Position numbers and translations under genes: made by a program. Positions 38,150 to 51,010 of a stretch of 64,000 bases of DNA are shown here, piece after piece. The notes beneath the pieces are model-generated. The model saw only the letters and a list, made by a program, of their open reading frames with translations. It searched no databases and was not told where the DNA came from. The DNA comes from Camelus dromedarius. Its lineage: Eukaryota. The first letter of the stretch is position 1, and each line of letters starts with the position of its first letter. The DNA is taken from assembly GCF_036321535.1 (NCBI RefSeq), contig NC_087447.1, positions 52,578,001 through 52,642,000 of the forward strand, in the 5' to 3' direction.

Positions 38150-39060
38150 CAGGGACCCTGCCTCCCTGGCCATCATTGATTGGTTCAGGGCTGGGCCCCT
38201 TAATAAAGGCAGATTAATCATAGCTCTGGGGGAGAGCAGAACCTGATCGAAGCTGGACCAATTATATGACTTCTTCCCTGGGATTTTTGAAAACAGGAAG
38301 TGAAGAAGAATGGTCTCTAGTAGTGGTGATTGTAAGATGTACAATGTTGAGAGTTATTAGTGGCCATGTGAGTGTTACGGGTTGAACTGTGTCCCCCAGA
38401 AAAGATTTGCTGGAGTCCTAATCCTGCATACCTGAGAATGGGGCCTTATTTGGAGACAGGTTCTTTGCAGAAGTCATCAAGTTAAAATGAGGTCACTAGG
38501 GTGGGCCCTAACCCAGTATGGCTTGGATAGGAGAGAAATCTGTACACAGAAGAAGGGAAACTGGGACATAGGCACACACGGGGAGAATGCCACGTGAAGA
38601 CTGGAGTGATGCTACCACACGCCAAGGAATTTCCAGAGGCTGAGAGAGATAGGCCTGGGGCAGAGCCTTCCCTGCAGAGGGAACACAGCCTTGCTGACAC
38701 CTTGATCTTGGACGTTTAGCCCTGAGAATGGTGAGACAAGCAATTTCTGTTGTTGAAGCCTCACGGTTTGTGGTACCTTGTCATGGCAGCCCTGCAAACT
38801 AATACATAAAAAATAGGGAGGGCTGGTCTGCAATGAGAGAAAGGAGCTCACAGTATAGGAGAAGTGACCAGAGCAGCAAAGAGAAACAGAGCAAATCTGC
38901 CCAGAATTAAAACTGCGAACCCAGTGCCACGGCAGCTCTGCATTTTCTCTGGCTGCAAAGTTCAGCTCCTTGGATTCCAAGAGGCAGTAGTGGAAGTCCC
39001 TCTGTTTTGAGTAAGTTGATTGTGAGGTTTCTGTCACTTTGAATAGAGTCTTAACCAGCA
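38150..39060 (+). mobile_element. MLT1K/L-like LTR split by a younger MLT1B-like LTR
   Basis: Left part 'tgattggttcaggg...ggaccaat...ttccctgggattttt'; right part 'ggtctgcaatgagaga...ggtttctgtcactt...agagtcttaacca'. Confidence 0.65.
38373..38806 (+). mobile_element. MaLR solo LTR (MLT1B-like)
   Basis: 'tgttacgggttgaactgtgtcccc...gccacgtgaagactggagtgatgc...ggcagccctgcaaactaataca'; TG...CA termini. Confidence 0.92.
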
Positions 39061-40108
39061 CTGTGATTTATATTTATTTGTTATCAAGACCATTAATGTT
39101 AAGAAAAGGAAAGCAACGTAGGTGGCTCCAAGTGGGGCTAAACTGACCAGGTTGGTGACAGATGGACAAGTAAGCCCATGGCTCCCAAATGCTGTCCCAA
39201 CCTGTCCCAGGAGGGGACAGGGTTCCTTCTGGTCTGGGTGCTACAACCTTCATACCCTCACACAGTTTCAGCCTCTTGGTGTTTTCTTGAATCCAGTAAC
39301 AGCCAGAATAAAATCTGGAAAGGATTTTCCTCTGCACAGTTTTGCCTTTCTTCCCAATCCAAACACAACTGCCTGCTTGGCCCCTTGAAATGTTCCAAAA
39401 ACAAAACAAGTCCAGTTTTCCAAATCCCTCACTTTGTTTCATGTTATTTTCTTGGCCGCACAAACTTGGGGGTTTTTGTTCTTTCTGTTCTGCACTTGGA
39501 CTTCTCCTATCCACATTCCCTCCTGTGTGAGCTCCCACACCAGCAGCAAGGGCTCCCAACTCGCAGAGGAGAGAGGCAGTCAGAGGGAAGGCAGACGGGG
39601 AAGGATTAACCATCTCAGACAAGAGCTGGAGGTCCCCTGAAGCAACACACCAGCCCTCTGGACTAACCAGTGCTCATGGGCTCTCCCGGGCAGAATGTAG
39701 CTGCATAGTGGGGTCTGGCTTATGGGTTTGGTCTTGCAGAATAGAAGATAATTGTTCAAGCTTCGCTGAGCCTCTGGGGCTGCCACCATTGTAAGAATAA
39801 GCAGAACCATTCTACCTTGACAATTCCACAAAAGAAGGGAGACACTGTTCTCTTCCAAAGGACGAGGGGCAGCAGTTATCCACGTGAGCAAGGCTTGATG
39901 ACTACAGATATTCTAGAGCTCACCACCCCCACCCCAAAGGAGGATCTTGATTTTTCCTCACCTGTTCAACCCAGGAGAGTGGATAAGAATATGATGCCTA
40001 TATCAAGCTGTCAGCTATCTTGATCAAAGAAATTAGAAAAGAGTTTTCTGGAAGGGGTGAAGGCCGACTCAGCCTTCAACTAAGGGGGTGAGAGGACTGA
40101 ATGGATGC

Positions 40109-40621
40109 TGTGCCAGTCATTTGTCCATTTGCTCTCAGGCCCTCTCCCCACCCTTGCTACTCTGCTCCATCTCAAAGGGACGGCAGTGCTCAGAATCCTT
40201 TGGTTACTGGCTTCTGGGCAGGTGGGTTTGTGAATGGAGGACCCTGGCAGAAGACTGGAGGTGAGAAGAAGAGAGAAACCAAGGTCTCTCTCGCTCTCTT
40301 GCTTGTCTTAGACAGTATCGTTGGCAGCGACCACGTAATGTCTGTCGCTTCAGGTCCTGACAGGCACCCTACATAGTGGTTCTAGCTCCTGCTGGATTGG
40401 CCCAGCTTCTGGGCTCTAGAAACATCACCTTCTCTCATTGTCCCTCCAGTCGAGGGGGTGATAGTGGTTCCCTGCTGTTGATCTCTGGGCTGCCTCAACA
40501 TGTACTGTGTAGCTTCTTAGCCATTTCATTAACCATGTGGCCAATACCCTATATTAAATTCAATTCCCTCTGTTGAAAGACCTATGATGGTTTATGTTTT
40601 CCTGCCTAGACTCTGATGGAT
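40109..40621 (+). mobile_element. ERVL solo LTR (LTR33A-like)
   Basis: 'tgtgccagtcatttgtcc...ctggcagaagactggag...attaaattc...ccctctgttgaaa...gttttcctg'. Confidence 0.75.
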
Positions 40622-41864
40622 GGAGGTGCTGAGAAAGAATCTGCAGGTGGAAGCACTACTCTACAGCCTCTGGGATAATGAATCCATGAAGACTCTCAGT
40701 ACTTGGGCTGGGATGGGGAGCCACTGCAGAAATGATCACTGCAAGCAAGCCCAAGAGGGAATAAGTGAGCCATGAGGCACCCGTTAGGCACCTGGAAGGT
40801 TGGGAAGGCAGCCCTGCAAGGAAAGGGTAGTCAGGTTTCTGCTCCCACCACCCCCTCCAAACAAACAAACAAATGTTAGCCAGCTTGACGTGACTTCTTC
40901 TGTCAGTTGGTAAACTAACATGGGAAAGGCCAATTATTGATGCAGTAGATGCTAGGGAGCTTGGCTGTGAAGTTGCAGAATCCTTTGGCAGTTTAGGGTG
41001 TCCTGATTTCCTGTAGGGAAGCCAGGAGTTTAATGAAGCTGAGACAAACCAAGAGAGGTATCTTAGCAGATTCAGTGAGACTTTTGAGACTTAATGTGAT
41101 GTGGCTGGTTTGGGTCTTGTCTCTGTTAAGAGTTAGCACTGGTCCATCCAAACTCAGAGGTGTGGCAGAAGCCAAGCTTTACTGAGAGAGGATAGAGACA
41201 GGAATAAAATAGGAGGACATTTTGGGGACTGCTGAGAGACAGAGCATCCTTGTTTATTAAGGAAGAATTTAGGTGTGTAAGGTATATGTAAACAGACAGA
41301 CGCAGGCTGGGACCAACAAAGAGACAAGGGAGAATAGAGCCCATCAGAAACGGAGGGACAATGGCTTGCAAGCTCTCGGTGTGACCAGCCCCTTGGTGGC
41401 AGATGAGTTTTCCTAGCTTTCCTAGAAGAGGTCAGCTTCCCACAGTCAGAGCAGGGGCTCTGATCCCTGATGCATTTGCTTTCTGCTTCTGCTCAGGCCC
41501 TTGTTACAGGTGGCCTTTTATTGACTGACCCAAGTGTCCCAGACCAACGTCCCACACAGGCACTGAAAGGACCACCAGGTGTGGAACGGCAGGGCTGTTA
41601 ATGAACTGCCACATGCCTCACCTCCCTGGAAACCTCTCTCAGTCCCGGAGAGGAAACCAGTGCTGAGACTTGAGCACAGACGTGGTCCCGACCTCAGCAA
41701 CCCCACCACCTACTCTGACCTCGCGTGTCCACCCATGCAGACATATGTGCTTGTGTCCACCTCGCTGAAGCTGAAAACATCTGTGGGGAGAGAAACTGAG
41801 TTAGAAAAGAACCAGTCCTTCTAGAGAAGGGAAACCCAAGGAATTTGGGGGTTACAAGTGTTTT

Positions 41865-42280
41865 CCTGCTTTAATTCTAGTTCTAGATTACAGAAAAATG
41901 GCAAAGATAGCACAGAGAGTTCCCCTATATTCTGCCTCTATTTCCTCCCATAATTAGCATCTTATCGTATGGTTCTTTTGTTACAATTGACAAACCAAAA
42001 TTGATAAATTATTATTAACTAAAGTCCATAGTTTATTCGGATTTCCTCAGCTTTTCTCTTTCTGTCTGGGGGTCCCATGCAGGACACCACATTCCATTCA
42101 GTCACCAAGCATCCTTAGGCTCCTCTTGGCTGTGACGGCTCCTCAGATTTTCCTTGTTTTTGATGACCTTGACAGTGTGGGGTGTGCTGGAAAAGCATGT
42201 TGTGGGATGCCTCACCACTGGAATTTGTCTGATGTTTCTCTCATGATAATCCTGGGGTTATGGGCCATCGGGAGGAAATG
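41865..42280 (-). mobile_element. L1MC-type 3' end
   Basis: 'acagagagttcccctata...attattattaactaaagtccatagtttattcggatttcc...ttgtttttgatgaccttgacagt'. Confidence 0.88.
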
Positions 42281-42419
42281 TCCCTTCTGTTTTTAACTCT
42301 TTCTTGGTTATGGAGACCATGCCTCTAGCCTGGCTGGGGCCACTGGTCACTAGCTCAAGAAGCAGCCATGGTGGACGTGCCTTCTACAACTACATAGCAT
42401 TTGCACAGTCACACAGCAC

Positions 42420-42953
42420 CCCTCAAAGCCCTCACAATCTGTCCGCAACCAACCTCCCCAGCATCAAGTTCTGCATTTCCCTTCCCTTTTCTCTGGCCAA
42501 ACCAGACCTGCTTGCAATTTCCCAAACATGCCCATATCCTTTCCTACATTCATGCCAAGGCATTTGCTGTTTCCGCTGCCAAAAATGCATCCCTCCCCTG
42601 GGCTATCTGGAAACCCTCACTTAGAAGTCAGGGCTTAGCACAGAAAAAAGCATTCTGTGGGGCCTTCTCTGATCCACCACTCCAAACAGAATGAACCACC
42701 TTCTTCTCTTGTGCTACTGTGTCCATACCTTTCCTGATCACCCCACTTAGAATCATGACAGCCTCCAGCACTCCCAGCCCCTTCCCTACTTTTCCCCCAC
42801 AGTACCCAGCATCTGACATGCCACGTGCTTATTAACTTATTTGTTGTTTACCTCCCCTGCCAGAATATGAGCTTCGTGATGACGGACTGTTGTGTTTACC
42901 ACTATATTGGGACAGTACTTAACACAGTTAATATTTGCTGAACAAATGAATGA
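42420..42953 (+). mobile_element. L2 3' region
   Basis: 'aaagccctcacaatctg...ccagaatatgagcttc...aatatttgctgaacaaatgaatga'. Confidence 0.75.
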
Positions 42954-43691
42954 CGTTGCTGGAGTTTTGCATGCACTTTCTGTAGTTGTTTGGGTATGTC
43001 TCTGTTTCTTCAGGTGGACTATGAAATTTCAGGGGAATGACCAGACCTGACTGAACAAGGGAAGCCTTGTGCCTAAGCCATGCCTTGAAGGCCATTTCCG
43101 GACACACTGATGATCACCAGCTGCCGCTCCTTCTTTCAGGACCTCACCCACACTCTCTGGAGTACCATCTCCATGTGGCTGGAAGGGACAGACAGTGTAT
43201 TATGCAAGATCTTCTCCAGAAGTTTAGACTCTAAGAGCTTCTAAGCAAAGGTGAGGCCCTTCTCTTTCTAGAGCTGGATTTCTGGCCCTGAACACGGCCC
43301 TTGCTTCATTACTGGATAGTGGGACCATCCCTAGGAGCTAACTTGGCAAGTCAGAGACAACAGGAGCCCTGACACCTAAGGAACCTCTGCCGGACACTAG
43401 CATGGGGGCATGGACAACCTCTCTGAGCCTCCTTTCCCTCAGCAGATAATGGAAATAATACTACCTATATGACTACGAGAGTGTTTTGGGGAGGACTGAT
43501 TGAAAAATGGGTAGGAAGGCACTTCACAATCTGTAAGACCCAATCTAAAGCACTTTTGCTGCCATCACAAACAAAGAGCCCAGGGGTCATATTTTCAGAG
43601 CCCATGACGTTGCAGGAGCCCTTGGGCCCCCCCATCACCCATCAGGTAGACAGGCAGCGTGTGGGGGGATGAGTGCTACCAGGTTAAACTT

Positions 43692-43849
43692 AATTAATTC
43701 ATTTTAAAATTTTATTTATTTTATTATTATTGGGGGGAGGGAGGTAATTAGGTTTGTTTGTTTGCTTACTTAATGGAGGTACTGGGGATTGAACCTAGGA
43801 CCTCGTGCATGCTAAGCATGAGCTCTACCGCTGAGCTGTGCCCTCCCCT
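43692..43849 (-). mobile_element. Vic-1-type camelid tRNA-Ala-derived SINE (long form)
   Basis: Minus strand ggggagggcacagctcagcggtagagctcatgcttagcatgcacgaggtcctaggttcaatccccagtacctcc, then 'cctaattacctccc' and an A-rich tail; perfect 16-bp TSD ctaccaggttaaactt (43676-43691 / 43850-43865). Confidence 0.93.
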
Positions 43850-44179
43850 CTACCAGGTTAAACTTTATAAACAAGCTGCTGGGCCTTTTGCCAAAGATCA
43901 AAATCAAGTGTTTACAGTAAAACATACACATAAGCCAATCGCAAGTTTATGGCACAGAAGATCTGTCCTCTGGCTCCTTATCAAGAGGTCTTAGGCTTAG
44001 GGCTGAACTTCTGAGTCTGTCTTTGATGCTCCTTTCAGCCCACTAGACCCACTGGGGTGGAGAAGAGCTACGTGTTGCCTGGGGAAACCCACTTCCAAAC
44101 CTTGGTTGGGGTTTTAGCGTGCTGATTACACAGGTTAACATGAACGGAAATTAATTTTACTTCCCAATGCTACACAATA

Positions 44180-44470
44180 AAAAAGGAAAGAAAATAAAAT
44201 GAAAAGGACAGCAGGCTGGAAAAATATCTGTAGCATGGCAGACAGAAGAGGGTTAATGTCCATTCAAAAAAGATCTGGCGCAAACTGATGTGGGAACAAA
44301 TTAAAGGACACCAATGAAAAATTGGGAACAGACACGGGCGTGTTATACATGAAGTATCCTAAGTGAATACATACATGGAAAAAATGTCCCATTTCTCTAG
44401 TAATCAAAAAAATACAAATTGGAGCAAAAAAATCAGGTGCCATTATACCTAAATTAGTAACATTCTTTTT
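44180..44470 (+). mobile_element. L1ME ORF2 fragment
   Basis: 'ggctggaaaaatatctgtagca...gagggttaatgtcc...catggaaaaaatgtcc...tagtaatcaaaaaaatacaaatt'. Confidence 0.65.
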
Positions 44471-44599
44471 TTTCCTCACAACGCTCTGGAGCCACTTATT
44501 AAATGTTCTTATTTAGAACCTCCTATACACCAGCCACAAGGTCAGGCACTCTGGATGAACAAAGGGCCATGACCCCTGGCTGCGGGAATCTTACTTCAG

Positions 44600-44870
44600 G
44601 GCCTCCACTGTGTGACCCGGGGCAAGTTGTTTGACCTCTCTGAGCTTCCCATTTCCTGATCTGTAAAACAGGGATAATGATACCTCTCCCAGGGCAGTTT
44701 GTGACAATAACAAAGCTTATTCACATATGTTAACACTTTTGATTCACTCAGCTCTGAAACTTAAGCCAGGCAGGGAGCTTGAGCCCCGAGCTTTAAATGT
44801 GGAAACCCAAACCTAGAGAGGTGAAGTTACTCGCCCAAAGGAACGTAGCCAAGGCCTGCAATCCAGTTCT
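44600..44870. mobile_element. MIR fragments (plus 44600-44740, minus about 44790-44870)
   Basis: 'gtgtgacccggggcaagttgtttgacctctctgagc...atctgtaaaacagggataatgatacc'; 'agagaggtgaagttactcgcccaa'. Confidence 0.75.
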
Positions 44871-45849
44871 TCATGCTTCCTGAAGAGGCAGGAGTGTGTA
44901 AGGGGCTCTGAAGAGAGGCTGGTGAGGGGACCACTTCAGGAGGTTAGGAGAGAGGGCCAGGTGGGGCCAGGACTGTAAGCCAGGCAGGTTCTCAGGCACA
45001 GAGCCCTGAGTGGGGACCAGGGGTGGTGGGAGGCGGGTGGTCCATCCTCTGAGCCCATCTGCTTTCTTGTTCCTAAACCAGGGATGTACTTGTGGACCCC
45101 ATCTGCACTCAGCAATGACAGTGATTGGGTTTTCCATTTCTCTGACAGATGACCAGAGAAGCAGGAGGTGGCAGCTGGCCTGTATATTATCTGCTCCTGC
45201 TAAACTCTCTGAAGTGATAAGCAGACATAGGGAGGCATACTGAGTGCACCCCCCAACAATCCGCTCTCCACACACGCGACAGCCACGGGCCCAGAGAAGT
45301 GCGCTAAATTCATGACACATTGTGTCGGGAATGGAGAGAGAATGAAAAGGAATTTCTCTGAGTGTGACTGGGGACTCTTACGGACAAGCAGTGTCTGGGA
45401 GACTACAAGTGTCCTTCAGGCAGAACCTCAGCCAGCCAGAACAGGAGCCTAATCAGCGCTTTGGCTGGAGGTCGGAGCCTGGAAAAAAGCTTGCCGGGAG
45501 GACCAAGTGAGGTGTGGAGAGTGGGCGATTGAGAGCTTTCCGTCCACGCTGCTCCCTTATTTAAAACCATATACCGAGTCGCACTGCCAACAGAATGAAT
45601 TCCAGACTCACAGAACAAGGCACTTCATGATTCGGTTTCTGCCTTTCCAGCAACTACTGTTCTCTTTAACCTTGCCAGCTATTTGTAGTTCGCCAAAGGT
45701 GCAAGGCAGTGCCAAACCTTTGTAAGTGCACAGTCACTCTCCCTGGCTTGTCTTCCCTTTACCTACCCTTGCCTTAAAAATTCTGTTTCCATGTCAGCTC
45801 CGGAAGCCTCAGCGGAGGCTGTCACCTGAGCCAGACATCACTCCTTTAT

Positions 45850-46340
45850 GTTCCCTTCACCTGCACTGGGATTTACTAATTTCTTTCTCCCCACCAGAGA
45901 CTGGACCACTTCTTATCTAATGCTGCATCCTGAGCCAAGCATAACGGCTGACACATAGCAACTAGTTATTGGATGGACGGAAGGTTGGATGGATAAAATG
46001 AATGTTTTACAGAGCTTGCCTGTAACCGTATGAAAGACGGGAGTGGAAAGAGATAAGAAAAAGACCACTGGAGAGGCTAGTGCAATGGTCTAGATTAAGG
46101 CAGAGGCAGAGGGAAGGGAAGGATGCAGAGGATTCAAGTGATTTTGGTAGAGGGACTTGAGAGACCCCAGTAAGCTCATGGAGAGGAAAGGTTGAGTGAG
46201 ATGGTCAGGGAGGCTGACCCCTGGATCCAGATGGAGCAGAGCGTGATGCATGTAGGCAAGATAGGGACCTGGCTGTAACAATTCATATGGAGAAGAGGGG
46301 TGGTGAGCGGGGGGGAAAGAGATGGTGAGCCCAGTTTTAT
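45850..46340. mobile_element. L2 fragments (plus 3' end about 45850-46000, minus about 46050-46340)
   Basis: 'tctccccaccagagactg...ctgacacatag...ttggatggacgga'; 'gaggctagtgcaatggtctag'. Confidence 0.55.
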
Positions 46341-46654
46341 CAGCAAGGAAGGAGGCCTGTGCACTGGCAGAGCTCCAATACATATTCTTTCCCTGCCTCC
46401 GCGGGCCCTCTCCGTGGGCAGGCCTTGGTTAAGACGGCACAAAGACAGTTTACGTGATAAGAGCAATCAGAAGGCTCTTCTGACTCTGCACAGCATCCGG
46501 GGAGCTTCCAATGAGCAGGAAGGAAAGGGCTCTTTCAGAAAGGCTCATGGAAGAGTCTGAGAGCCTTGAATTCACCGTCCACATGGCATTCCCAACAGGA
46601 GTATGTGGTCACCTCCACAGTGTGATGGACTCCAAGGGAGGCTGGTCGCTGAAT

Positions 46655-46840
46655 GCAAGGAACGCAGCCTAGACTCAGGAGTCAGGCAGGCTGGATCCCA
46701 GTCCTAGCTACCCACTGCGACCCAACCAGCCTCAGGTGATTCCCTCCACTTCTCTGAGCCTCAGATTCCTCATCTATAAAAGGAGGGTGATAATTCCATT
46801 TTCGACTGTAAATGTCAATTTAAATAAGCCTGCACATGCC
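46655..46840 (+). mobile_element. MIR SINE
   Basis: 'ggagtcaggcaggctgg...cttctctgagcctcagattcctcatctataaaa'. Confidence 0.75.
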
Positions 46841-48114
46841 TGGCACTTTCTTCCCTTTGATATTCTTTCCCTCCGGTTACTTCATGCATCATTTGAGCAA
46901 TGGGGAGAAAACTGCCATAAAGAAGCCTGGTAAGACCTTACCGGATGCTTGCTTTACACTGGGCTCCCTGAAAGCTACAGAAAAACCTACGAGAGGTCTG
47001 GCCCTCCGCGGCGTACATGAAACTGATGGCTACGCACGCGCCATCCCCGGGACAGGCATGTGCACCAGTGTCGGCTCGTCCTTCCTGGCTGAGTGACCTT
47101 GGGCAATTCACTGCAGGGCTCCGAGCTCAGTTGCTTCACTGGTTCAAATGGGGCTTGTTAAACTCTGCACTGAAGGCTGTCCCCAGGCTGGGATGAGATC
47201 ACTTACGGGAAAGTGAGCCCCAAGTGGCAAACGCTCAGGAAATGTCCGCGTCCACTTCCTCCACCTCGGCAGCCTTCCCAGGCCTTCTTGGGGGCTCCTT
47301 TCCACTTTCTCATTTGAATACTTAATGGGTTTCACCCTTTGAAGTGACACCTGCTGGAAATGTAATTGTGCACATAATTGCTACGTGGGAATGGAGGCAA
47401 CTTTATTTCCCAGTGCTTGTGCTTCCTTTAGGAAAAGAAACAGCACACCCATAAAGCCTTTCCTGTATCCTGGCGGATGGAGCCCCACGGTGGGCATTTA
47501 TTCCTGGATGCGGGGCACTGGCCCAGAGGACTGGCCAGGCAAGAAGGTAATACCTGCTGAAGCATTCAGATTTCCAGAGACAAATATCCGGCACTGGGGT
47601 CAGAGAAGCCACAGAGCCTTGTTATACTAAGAGGAGAAGACTGAAAATTCTGCTGGAAGTTTCCCTGATGAGCATCTAATTCAATTTCAAAGGGCAGGGT
47701 GGCCTTGCGGTAGAGGAGAAGCAAGAGATGTTGGGTTGAGACCTGGGATGGGGGTCCTGCTCATCTCTCTGGGTGTGGGGCTTATTACTATTACTGATTT
47801 TTTATTTCTACTAATTACCAATTTCTGACACCCCTCCTGACAACTACCTCTGTAGGATAATTTGCTTCTAAATGAAATAGCCCTGGTGTTTTGTACCTTT
47901 GAAGTGTCTGTGCTCACTCTTTCTCATGCTGGGGTATCCTCCTTGACCGTCAGTACTCAGGTGACACTTGGTATCCACCTGCGGGGCTCACTGACCATGC
48001 TCTGCTTGTCATCACCCTGTCAGTGAGCTAGCTCTCGGAAACTCTCCAACAGGAGCAGGCTAGCTGGGCTGTAGCTGTCTGGCCCCCTCTCAGCAGATAC
48101 CACAGACAGGTTCT

Positions 48115-48562
48115 CCCAACACCCCGTCCAGTGTGCTTTCTGTTCTGCAGAGGCTAGATAACTGGGAACAACACACAGACTCCCTTGCATCTACACACAG
48201 GTTGTACCAAGCAAACGCACCCCCAGGATCTTAGAGGGCAGAAACTGGTGCGGGTGGTGGTGGCTGTGCTCAAGTGAATCAGGGCTTCCCAGAAGCACAG
48301 CAGCCAAGGTGGCAACTTATCAGGACAGCTGCATGTAGGTTTTACTGTCTAGTTCCTAGACTTTTGAGTCCCAAGGGGTGGGGATAAGGGAGACTCCAGT
48401 CCAGCAGGCCTCTGTACTTCTCTGGATCCATGGCATCCAAGCTTGCTCCCTGGCATTCCTGGAAAGTTTGCAAGCCACCTAACATCCTGTTTTAAATCCT
48501 TTTCTGTTTAAACTAGCCAGAGTAGATTTGGTTGTCTAAAATTAAGAATCTTGACTGAGACA
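48115..48562 (+). mobile_element. ERVL solo LTR (LTR33/LTR41-like)
   Basis: 'cagactcccttgca' and terminal 'ttaaatccttttctgtttaaactagccagagtagatt...aagaatcttgactgagaca'. Confidence 0.65.
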
Positions 48563-49659
48563 TTATCTGTCCTCCCCCAAACTGAAAGCTCCTTATAAGC
48601 AGGGACTCTCCTGCATCTTTATCTCCCCTGGGGCCAAAACACACTTCGTGCCTTTGAGATCTCTACTGACTGCAGGACTGAACACAGGAGGGGGTGGACA
48701 GACAGGCATCTCCTGAGGCCCCGCCCACTACTGCAAGGATGCATTGTTGCTCTTCTGCTAATGCCTGGGCAATCAGATCACTTCGTTTATTAAAATCTGG
48801 TGTAAAGGAAGAAAAAACAAACAGGTCGTGACGTGGGTTGCAAAGATTTCTTATCAGAAAAGTGAAAAGACTGCGGTGCACAGACAAATTGAAATGTGTT
48901 TTGTCGCCCGCAGAGGCTTTTTTCCCGCTTCCTGCCTGGCTGGCTCTCTGCTGTGTTCCAAGTAGCTGAGGGACTTCCAGATAATCAAAGTTCTCTAACC
49001 ATACATACTGTTAGTAACTCCTTTCAGACCCTTTCCTGTCCAGATGTACGAAGAGAATAGCAAAGGGAAATAAATCCAACACTTCCTTGCTACACCCACT
49101 AAACCGCTAAATCTCAGCAGTTCTGAATCATCAGACCTTGCATTTCTCATTAACTGCCCGTATATGCAGCATTTTCAATTAAGCTGGGAGCACTGCTATA
49201 CTAATTATGTTTTGATATTAGTCCCTGCAGATTAATATGCAGCTAACAGTTTGGGAGTGCTGTCTGGATTGTATTCCTCTATCTACTTGAAAATAAACAT
49301 TTCCTTGAAAACTGCCCTTGACTTAGGGACTCAAGGAAATAGGACCCCCCAAATTAGGTGCGCTCAGATAAGTACTGTCTGCAGAGACAGCTCTGGTTGC
49401 ACCAGAATCTAATTCCACTGAGCCATGGACAAAACACCACAGGACCCTCTGGGCAGGCGTGCATTTAGATTTTCTCCATATCTCTGCATAGCCCTGCACT
49501 CATAGTAGGTGCTCAGTTAACAGTTTCTCATCAGACCAGCCATGCAATGTCCTATGTCCTACTAAAAAAAAACACAACAGAAACTCTGCAGTATGTCTGC
49601 TTTCTCTTGAAAAACTTGGCTCCTTTCCATGAAAAACACAACCAGCGAAGGGAAAGGAA

Positions 49660-50130
49660 GTCATATGTGCTGCTGCACATTCTGGGTCAGACGCTTTCAA
49701 AATACATCAGCTCATTAATCCTCCCAAGTCCCCTGTAAGGCAGATGTTATCATCCTCATTTTACAGATGCAAAAACTGAGGCTCAGGGAGGTCAATCAGA
49801 GTGTGGGACCCACTTAGGAGGTGGAAGAGACCTGGAGGCATTGGATCCAAGACAACTGGCATTCATGAACTCTGTTATAATGGTGCATTGATAAAGACCG
49901 AGCATCGCAGAGCAATGTGAGACACGTGTCCCTGCGCTCCAGAAGGGCAAAGGGAGTAACAGTCACTTAAAAATAATAATCTCAACAATTACACCCATCA
50001 TGACACTGGCTCAGCACTCACCACACGTGGGGCGCTCTGCTGAGTGCTTTGCATATTTCACCCTCCCCCTAGCCCTGTGTGCTGGCATCATCATCCTGCT
50101 CCTAGGGATGAGGAAACTGAGGCAGTGGGT
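49660..50130 (-). mobile_element. Two antisense MIR copies
   Basis: 'tcctcattttacagatgcaaaaactgaggctcagggaggt'; 'gatgaggaaactgaggca'. Confidence 0.75.
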
Positions 50131-50599
50131 GCTCAGGTCTAAAGACAGGAAGGGCAACGCTCAGAACTAAGGTGCCATCCCACGTATTGACACCGTGATG
50201 ACTATTTCAGGAGGGTGGTGTCGCTACCCCCATTTCATAATGACTCTTACTCTCGTTGCCAGAAAGGCAATACTAGACCTGTGTGAGCCCAAACAGGTTA
50301 GGGCATGAGCATAGGATGTGCAACTGGCAGCACCAGGGGCTGCTGAGGAGCATCAGGGCTACAGGACTTCATGCAGATGAGAATTTCCCATGGGATGCAG
50401 GGGTTGGGAGGGCATCTAGAGGGTGGTGGGCTTGATGGGTGCAGAGAAGAGGTGGAGCAAGTCCTTCACTGTGAGCTGCTGTCACAGGAGTTGTGCTCAC
50501 ATGCTGTGTTCCATAAGTGGACTGCGAGTTGCTTCGGGGCAGGGATATCTTAGCATGACCCTGTATCCCCAGGTGACAGGGACTCCAAAATCCACAGGG

Positions 50600-51010
50600 A
50601 GGCCTTAGTTTTAGATCCTGTCACTCTTTAGCAGAACGACCTTGGACAGTCACTTCGGAGCTCTCCAGCCGTTTCCTCCTTTGTAAAGGTGAGAATATCT
50701 GATTGTTGCAGTGACCAAATGAGCAGAGGTATGTGACATCATGCCATCACCTGCCAAAGGCCTTACAGTGCAAGGCACTGATGGAGGCAGAAAACTGTGA
50801 TGGTTAAGTGCTCGGGAGCTGGACAGCCTGAGTTCCAGTTCAGCTCTGTTATTTAATAGTGTGACCTTGGGTAAAGCTCTTTGTCTTGGTTTCCTCATCT
50901 TTAAAAGGGGGGCAATAACAGCATCGACAGTTGTTTGGAGGATTCAGAGGGCCTGCGTGTGGAGTTAGCATCCTGCCCAGACACAGGAAGAGCTTAATCT
51001 GAATCTTCAC
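50600..51010 (+). mobile_element. Two tandem MIR copies
   Basis: 'gaccttggacagtcactt'; 'gtgatggttaagtg...gtgtgaccttgggtaa...gtttcctcatctttaaaa'. Confidence 0.7.

Noticed and set aside
43773..43849. tRNA-Ala(AGC) gene (likewise about 53868-53944 and 60601-60673)
   Set aside because: A-rich tails, TSDs and disrupted stems show these are SINE heads.
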